From: an uncultured delta proteobacterium
GTDB taxonomy: Bacteria > Desulfobacterota > WTBG01 > CAIYCZ01 > CAIRTM01
Direction of reading: 5' to 3'
Assembly (NCBI GenBank): GCA_963804955.1
Contig: CAWDSQ010000036.1
Coordinates: forward strand, 12,337 to 76,336
Length of the DNA: 64,000 bases
Below are positions 56,120-64,000 of the stretch, piece after piece. A program made the position numbers and the translations under genes. The notes under the pieces were generated by a model. The model had not been told where the DNA came from. It did not search any database and was given only the letters and a program-made list of their open reading frames with translations. Positions within the stretch are counted from its first letter, which is position 1, and the number at the start of each line of letters is the position of its first letter.

Positions 56120-59100
56120 ATGTATTTCAGAAAATCCATGCTGTTGCTGTCAGTGATTGGTTGTCTGTTTCTGTGTTCGTCTGTCTTCGCAGCTTCTAAA
56201 GACAATGGCGGCGGCGGGGGTACAGACCCTGCGTTGCAGAAGGAAGCAATTCCTTTCAACCGCCTTGGCGCAGAGATTGACAAGCGCGGTTCGGTTCAGG
56301 CCGCAGGGCCGGTTGCAACCGCCAGCGGGTACAGGCTTGCGGCAAAGACGCAGGCCCTTGAGGCAGAGGTGACCAGCGGCGGGCTTACGGTTACATCGCT
56401 TTCAAAGAGCGAGGGAGGCGGGTCGTTCTCCATTGTGCCGGTTGCGGTAAACGGGGTTCAGGCATCAAAGGGCTCTCTTCCTGCTGACCGTTCCGTCACG
56501 GACGGCACGGTGCTGCTCGACCGGGGCTGCGTGAGCGAGCGGTTTTCTTCATCTGCCGACGGCATCCGGCAGGATTTCATAATTCTCAAAGCCCCTGCAC
56601 AAAAAGCTTCAGAGCTTGTGCTCAGCCTTGCGGTAAAGGGAGCAACAGTTAAACAGCACGAAAGCAATGCCAACGCCGCGCTGCTTACCCTGACTGCGGG
56701 CCGCAAGCTGGTGTACGGCAAATTGAAAGTAACCGATGCCGAAGGGAAAGAGCTGGCAGCGCGGATGGCCATACCAGATGCAGGTTCCAAAGAGCTGCGG
56801 ATTATTGTTGCGGCACACAATGCCGCATACCCCGTCACCATAGACCCCACCATTACCGATGCAGACTGGGAAGTAATGAATCCGGGCATTCCCGGAGTGG
56901 ATTCTCGGCTTAGCGCCCTTGCCGTTGACGCCTCGGGCAGTGTGTATGCCGGTGGGGATTTTACCACCGCTGGTGGGGTAACGGTTAATAGGATTGCCAA
57001 ATGGGAAGGTTCAAGTTGGTCAGCCCTGGGCTCAGGGCTGAATAATAGTGTTAGCGCCCTTGCTGTTGACGCCTCGGGCAGTGTGTATGCAGGAGGTGAT
57101 TTTACCACTGCCGGCGGGGTAACGGCTAACAGAATTGCCAAATGGGACGGTTCAAGCTGGTCAGCCTTGGGCTCAGGGATGAATAATTATGTTAGCGCCC
57201 TTGCTGTTGACGCCTCGGGCAGTGTGTATGCAGGAGGTAATTTTACCACCGCCGGCGGGGTAACTGCTAATAGGGGTGCTAAATGGGACGGCACGAGTTG
57301 GTCAGCCCTGGGCTCGGGGATGAATAATACTGTTTACACCCTTGCTTTTGACACAACAGGCAATCTGTATGCGGGAGGTGATTTTAGCACTGCCGGCGGG
57401 GTAACGGCTAACAGAATTGCCAAATGGGACGGTTCAAGCTGGTCAGCCTTGGGCTCAGGGATGAATAGTTATGTTTACGCCCTTGCTGTTGACGCCTCGG
57501 GCAGTGTGTATGCAGGAGGTAATTTTACCACCGCTGGTGGGGTAACGGTTAATAGGATTGCCAAATGGGAAGGTTCAAGTTGGTCAGCCTTGGGCTCAGG
57601 GATGAATAGTTATGTTTACGCCCTTGCCGTTGACGCCTCGGGCAGTGTGTATGCAGGTGGGGGTTTTACCACCGCCGGCGGGGTAACGGTTAACTATATT
57701 GCCAAATGGGACGGGACGAGCTGGTCAGCCCTGGGATCGGGGATGAATGGTAGTGTTTCTGAACTTGTTTTTGATTCATTGGGCAATTTATATGCGGGGG
57801 GGGCTTTTACCACTGCCGGCGGGGTAACTGCTAATTATATTGCCAAATGGGACGGAACGAGCTGGTCAATGATGGGATTGCCGGGGCTAAGGGTCACTTT
57901 TGATGTTCTTGCCGTTGATACCTCTGGCAATCTGTATGCTGGAGGTGGTTTTACCACTGTAGGTGGAGTAGCAGCTAACAATATTGCCAAATGGGACGGC
58001 ACGAGTTGGTCAGCCCTCGGGTCGGGGATGAATGGTCGGGTTTATGAACTTGCCGTCGATGTATCGGGTAATTTATATGCGGGGGGAGCTTTTACCATCG
58101 CCGGCGGGGTAACCGTAAATTATATCGCTAAATGGAACGGCACGAGCTGGTCAGCCCTGGGATCGGGGATGGATAGTAGGGTTTACTCTTTTGCCGTTGA
58201 CGCATCGGGCAACGTGTATACAGCCACATCCGCCTCTTCATTTTCCACGATTTATAAATGGAACGGTACAAGCTGGTCACAAATACGCCTGTTTTTGAGT
58301 GGGGGGTATTATAATGCAGTTAGTGGACCATTTGCCATTGATGCAACGGGGAATCTGTATGCGGTATGTATTTCTTCCGATATATACGGGTATGTGACGA
58401 GTCGTCGGGTTGTCAAACAGAACGGCACGCAATGGGCGTCTCTGGGTGAATTTGGTGGTTGTTTAGATGATCTTAGAGCACTTGCTGTTGATTCAGCGGG
58501 TAATTTATATGCTGGAGGCGGATTTTGTTCCATTGGTGGGCAGGATACCGGTCTTGCCAAATGGGACGGCACGAGTTGGTCAGCCCTGGGCTCAGGGATG
58601 AGTAATGTTTACACCCTTGCTTTTGACACAACAGGCAATCTGTATGCAGGAGGTTCCTTTACCACGGCGGGTGGAATGCCAGCTAATAATATTGCCGTAT
58701 GGGATGGCACAAGCTGGTCAGCCTTGGGGTCGGGCATGAATAATACTGTTTCAGCCCTTGCGGTTGATGCAACGGGTAATTTGTATGCGGCAGGTGGTTT
58801 TACCACCGCCGGGGACAAATTTTCGCCATATATTGCACGGTGCAATGTGTCCGGCAGCAGCCTTCAACGACGACATCATTACCACAAGCACATACATCCG
58901 TTATTGTTCCGGATTGTTCGCTTTATATGGACGTTACGCCTGAAGGTGGCGGTACAACCTCTCCTTCTGCCGGGTGGCATTTTATACAGGGCTGTGAACC
59001 GGTGACCATTACGGCTTATCCTGCTCAAGGGTATCATTTCAGCAGATGGGAGGGGACAATCCCTTCGACGGACAATCCCACCACGATAACGATAAACAAC

Positions 59101-59481
59101 AATGCCAGTATAACGGCGGTGTTTGTAGCTGATAATTCGACAACTACCACCACAGTACCAGATGATGCCGATGGCGACGGCATTGCTGATGCCTCTGACA
59201 ACTGCCCCGGCAACTACAATCCCCAGCAACTCGATGCTGACAGTGACGGCACAGGGGATGTGTGCGACACCACGCCCGGCTGCGGGGGTTGCGGCCAGAC
59301 AGCCTGCGAAGATATTGATGCAGACAATGATGGTATCGCTGATAATGTTGATAACTGTCCAAGCGCATGCAACAGCCAGCAACTTGATGCCGATAGCGAC
59401 GGTGTTGGCGATGCTTGCGACACCACACCCGGCTGCGGCGGCTGCGGCCAGGGTGCCTGCGAGACTGTTTGCACGCCGTAG
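56120..59481 (+). CDS. Large exported protein: YPVTIDP domain, 14 x 47-aa propeller blades, InlB-B-like domain and TSP3/CGGCG tail (frameshift near 58850)
   Basis: AAGGAGG RBS; signal peptide; repeats [22 protein letters not shown]...[15 protein letters not shown]; continues in ORF 58840-59481. Confidence 0.85.
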
Positions 59482-59504
59482 TTCGCAGGGTGTGTATCGA
59501 TCCA

Positions 59505-59640
59505 CTGCGGCGGACGTGGCAATCTGATCAACACGAGATTGCTTCGTCACTTCGTTTTTCGCAATGACAGATAAAAGCAGAGGGTTTCATTACCGCCACT
59601 ATTTCTTTATGTCATTGCGAGGCCGAAGGCCGTGGCAATC
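59505..59640. repeat. GTCATTGCG-type REP copies
   Basis: GTGGCAATC...GATTGCTTCG...CGCAATGACA and GTCATTGCGAGGCCGAAGGCCGTGGCAATC; a copy lies at 55788-55818. Confidence 0.7.
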
Positions 59641-59712
59641 ACAATAAGCAGGGCTGTATCATTTTAAATGAAAATATTTGGGGAAACAGGAATCATTAAA
59701 AGGAGGGGGTAT

Positions 59713-62700
59713 ATGCAGTTCAGAAAATCGATAGTGTTGCTGTCAGTGATTGGCTGTCTGTTCCTGTGTTCGTCCGCTTATGCAGCGCATAAAGACACTG
59801 GCGGCGGTGGGGTAAAGACCCTGTTCTGCAGAAAGAAGCAATTCCTTTCAACCGCCTTGGCGCAGAGATTGACAAGCGCGGCACGGTTCAGGCCGCCGGG
59901 CCGGTTGCAACCGGGAGCGGATACAAGCTTACGGCAAAGACGCAGGCCCTTGAGGCCGACGTGACAGCAGAGGGGCTTACGGTTACATCGCTTTCAAAGA
60001 GCGAGGGTGGGGGGGCGTTCTCGATAGTGCCGGTTGCGGTAAGCGGCGTACAGGCTTCAAAGGGGCTGCCTTCTGTGCAGTCTGGCGGCCAATCATGCTT
60101 GACCGCGGCTGCGTGAGCGAGCGGTTCTCTGCATCTTCTGACGGCATCCGGCAGGATTTCATAATTCTCAAAGCCCCTGCACAGAACTCTGCAGAGCTTG
60201 TGCTCAGCCTTGATGTAAAGGGAGCAACAGTTAAACAGCACGAAAGCAATGCCAACGCCGCACTTCTGACCCTGCCTGCGGGCCGCAAGTTGGCATACGG
60301 CAAACTGAGAGTAACCGATGCCGCAGGCAAAGAGCTTGCAGCTCGGATGGCAATACCTGCTTCAGGTTCCAAAGAGCTGCGGATTATTGTTTCGGCACAC
60401 AATGCCGCATACCCCGTCACCATAGACCCCACCATCACGGATGCAGACTGGGAAGGAATGAATCCGGGCATTCCAGGAACAAATAGTACTGTTCGCGCTT
60501 TTGCTGTTGACGCTTTAGGCAATCTGTATGCTGGAGGCTTTTTTACGTTCGCTGGTGGAGTTGCGGCTAACTATATTGCCAGATGGGATGGCACGAGCTG
60601 GTCAGCCCTGGGCACGGGAATAAATGATAGTGGTTTACGCCCTTGCCTGTGACGCATCGGGCAATCTGTATGCGGGAGGTCAATTTGCTACCGCTGGCGG
60701 AGTTGCGGCTAATAGATATTGCCAGATGGGACGGTACGAGCTGGTCAGCACTGGGGACGGGGATGAATGATATTGTTTATGCTCTGGCTTTTGACGCATC
60801 AGGCAATCTGTATGCGGGAGGTCAATTTACGACTGCTGGCGGAGTTGCTGCTAATAGAATTGCCAAATGGGACGGTACGAGCTGGTCAGCACTGGGCACG
60901 GGGATGAGTAGTATTGTTTACGCCCTGGCCTTCGACGCATCGGGCAATCTGTATGCGGGTGGTCAATTTACTACCGCTGGCGGAGTTGCTGCTAATGATA
61001 TTGCCAAATGGGACGGTACGAGCTGGTCAGCCCTGGGCACGGGGATGAATGATATGTTTATGCTCTTGCTGTTGACGCATCGGGCAATCTGTATGCGGGA
61101 GGTTCTTTTACCACTGCCGGCGGGGTTGCGGCTAACTATATTGCCAAATGGGACGGCACGAGCTGGTCAGCCCTGGGAACGGGGATGAAAGCTGCAGTTA
61201 GAGCCCTTGCAGTTGACGCATCGGGCAATCTGTATGCGGGAGGTCAATTTACGACCGCCGGCGGGTTTCGGTAAACTATATTGCCAAATGGGACGGCACG
61301 AGCTGGTCAGCCCTGGGCTCGGGGATGAATGGTGCTGTCTGGGCCCTTGCCTGTGACGCTTCGGGCAATCTCTATGCGGGAGGTCCGTTTACAACGGCTG
61401 GAGGGGTGACGGTTAACAATATTGCCAAATGGGATGGCACAAGCTGGTCAGCCCTGGGCTCGGGGATGAATGGTGATGTTACCGCCCTTGCCTTGACGCT
61501 TCGGGCAATCTCTATGCGGGTGGTTATTTTACGACCGCCGGCGGGGTTGCGGCTAACTATATTGCCAAATGGAACGGCACAAGCTGGTCAGCTCTGGGCT
61601 CGGGAATGAATGGCTATGTTCGCGCTTTGCCTGTGACGGCTCAGGCAATCTCTATGCCGGAGGTGATTTTACGACTGCCGGCGGGGTAACGGCTAACAGG
61701 ATTGCCAAATGGGACGGCACAAGCTGGTCAGCCCTGGGCTCGGGCATGGATGATAGTGTTTACGCCCTTGCCGTTGACGCTTCAGGCAATCTCTATGCGG
61801 GAGGTGAGTTTACACTGCCGGGGCGTAACGGCTAACAGTATTGCCAAATGGGACGGCACGAGCTGGTCAGCCTTGGGCTCGGGGATGAATGGTATTGTTT
61901 ATGCCCTTGCTTTTGACGCATCGGGCAATCTGTATGCGGGAGGTATTTACGACTGCTGGCGGAGTTGACGTGCTAACAGTATTGCCAAATGGGACGGCAC
62001 GAGCTGGTCAGCCCTGGGCACGGGAATGAATAATTACTGTTAACGCCCTTGCTGTGGACGCTTCAGGCAATCTCTATGCGGGAGGTGACGTTTATCGACG
62101 CCGGCGGTGTTGCGGCTAACTGTATTGCCAAATGGGACGGCACGAGCTGGTCAGCCCTGGGCTCGGGAATGAATCATTATGTTACCGCCCTTGCCTTTGA
62201 CGCTTTAGATGGTCTGTATGCAGGGGGTAGTTTTACCACCGCCGGCGGGGTAACAGTTAACAGGATTGCCAAATGGGACGGCACAACATGGTCTGCCCTC
62301 GGCTCGGGAATTGGTGGAGCAACATTCCCATATGTTAACGCCCTTGCCGTTGACGCATCAGGCTATCTCAATGTCGGAGGGTTGTTTTTTACCGCCGGGG
62401 GCAAAATTTCGCCATATATTGCACGGTGCAATCTGGCTGGCGGTGCGGGTCTCGACACAGACGGTGACGGCATAGATGATGCTATCGACAACTGCCTGAG
62501 CAATTACAACCCGCAGCAGCTCGATGCTGATGGCGATGGTGCAGGGGATGCCTGCGACCCTGAACCCGGTTGCGGTGGTTGCGGGCAGACTGCCTGTGAA
62601 AATATTGATGAAGACAACGACGGCATCATTAATAACGTTGATAACTGCCCGACCACTTGCAACTCTCAGCAGCTTGATGCCGACAGTGATGGTATTGGTG

Positions 62701-62771
62701 ATGCGTGCGACACCACACCCGGCTGCGGCGGCTGCGGACAGGGTGCCTGCGAGGTTGTTTGTACGCCGTAG
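59713..62771 (+). CDS. Paralog of 56120-59481 with 14 blades and the same tail; heavily frameshifted
   Basis: Near-identical signal peptide and N-terminal domain; 141-bp repeat period; tail ends CEVVCTP*. Confidence 0.75.
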
Positions 62772-62907
62772 TGCATTCATGAATATGGTGGGTTGCGCCC
62801 AGCATATAAGACTGTTTGCTCTTACCTCTTCGCCCCTTTCAAGGGGAGAAGGCCGGGATAAGGGGATATATTAAATGAGTAACTATCGATAATTGAAAGG
62901 AGTTACT

Positions 62908-63875
62908 ATGAAGGTACAAGGTACCAAAGCAGAGAAAATGCTCGATGCGAAACTGCTTGCCTACTGCGCCATGGCTTCAGGTGCCCTGCTGGCAGCACCG
63001 CCTGCAGAGGCAGCGGTTGTGTACAGCGGGGTGAAGTCTCTGTCAGCCTCTAATTTATTAGTGGATTTGAACAATGACACTATAAATGATATGCAATTTC
63101 AAGGTTATTATCTTGATATTAATATTAAACCCCTTAATAATAATGCCGTTGCAGCTGCTCCTCTTGGAATGTTGCCTCAAGCTCTTAGAATGCCTGCAGG
63201 AGATTCAATCGATCCCGGTCTCTCATGGACATAAACAGGCTTCTCCTCAATTCGGCTTACTTGAATGGGTTGTGGGGGTTGGGGTATCATGGCTCTTGTA
63301 ATAATTATACTTATACCGGCGGTGCATTTTCAAAAGCAACAGGCTATATAGGTGTGAAGTTCAATATCGGCGATACAAAGCATTACGGCTGGATAAAGTA
63401 CAAAGGCGAAATAGATGTTTACATGTATGTGGATGATTACTATGGTTTTTGTTTTAAGGATATCAAAGCAAAGGGTACCGTACAGGGCTGGGCCTATGAG
63501 AGCACACCCAATTATACCATTCTGGCCGGTCAGACTACAGGTTCGGGCACCCCGATTGATGCGGACGGTGACGGCATAGATGATTACGTAGACAACTGTC
63601 CGAACAACTACAACCCGCAGCAGCTTGATGCAGATACAGACGGCACCGGTGATGTGTGCGACCCGAGCCCCGGCTGCGGCGGCTGCGGACAGACGGCCTG
63701 CGAAGATATTGATGCAGACAATGACGGCATCATTAATAATGTTGATAACTGTCCGAGCGTTTGCAATTCTCAGCAGCTTGATGCCGACAGCGACGGTATT
63801 GGTGATGCTTGCGACACAAGCCCGGGCTGCGGTGGCTGCGGGCAGGGTTCCTGTGAGGCTGTTTGCACGTTGTAG
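62908..63875 (+). CDS. Exported protein with TSP3/CGGCG tail (frameshift near 63225)
   Basis: AAAGGAG RBS; signal LLAYCAMASGALLAAPPAEAAVVY; YIGVKF...HYGWI...WAYESTPN..I.AG domain; tail ends CEAVCTL*. Confidence 0.75.
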
Positions 63876-63878
63876 CTC

Positions 63879-63905
63879 GTAGGGGCGAACGGCTGTTCGC
63901 CCTAC
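63879..63905. repeat. GTAG-type REP palindrome
   Basis: GTAGGGGCGAACGGCTGTTCGCCCTAC. Confidence 0.7.
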
Positions 63906-63920
63906 TCCCTTTTTCACAGA

Positions 63921-63959
63921 CAAAGGCCGGCCCTGCTAAAGGGGCCGGCCTTTGCTTTT
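63921..63959 (+). terminator. Rho-independent terminator ending the surface-protein cluster
   Basis: CAAAGGCCGGCCC...GGGCCGGCCTTTG followed by CTTTT. Confidence 0.75.
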
Positions 63960-64000
63960 GAAGCGCCGGATCAGAAGGCTTGTTTACGAAGAATTATTTT

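Noticed and set aside
56120..62771. Complete diversity-generating retroelement
   Set aside because: No reverse transcriptase, accessory gene or non-coding template repeat in the window. Variation includes codons not derivable from AAY (CAA, CGG, TGG).
55012..64000. tRNA-Cys-anchored genomic island or prophage
   Set aside because: No integrase and no duplicated tRNA 3' end within the window.

Overview
Bacterial chromosomal window, about 55% GC by eye. Gene style and repeat families suggest a Desulfobacterota/Deltaproteobacteria-like genome (inference). Housekeeping blocks: comM, mfd, a class A-like PBP, an rRNA methyltransferase, rsmA, HIT, dnaE, and znuACB-nitroreductase-tmk-holB-ricT-metG-pgsA-tRNA-Gly-tRNA-Cys. 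These alternate with accessory exported, hydrolase and transporter genes. More than 15 genes carry single-base frameshifts, including essential metG, holB and tmk, so most are probably assembly indels. The strongest finding is an IS110-family (IS1111-like) element at 40773-42211 inserted exactly into a chromosomal REP palindrome at a duplicated TC core. Its 3' non-coding region folds into a loop carrying two guides that match both arms of that target, i.e. a readable bridge/seekRNA target-binding loop. Also notable are an A20-variant GEMM-I (candidate cGAMP) riboswitch upstream of three surface-protein genes sharing a TSP3/CGGCG C-terminal tail, hypervariable 141-bp propeller repeats, nested MITE/REP elements and a possible fossil integron cassette.
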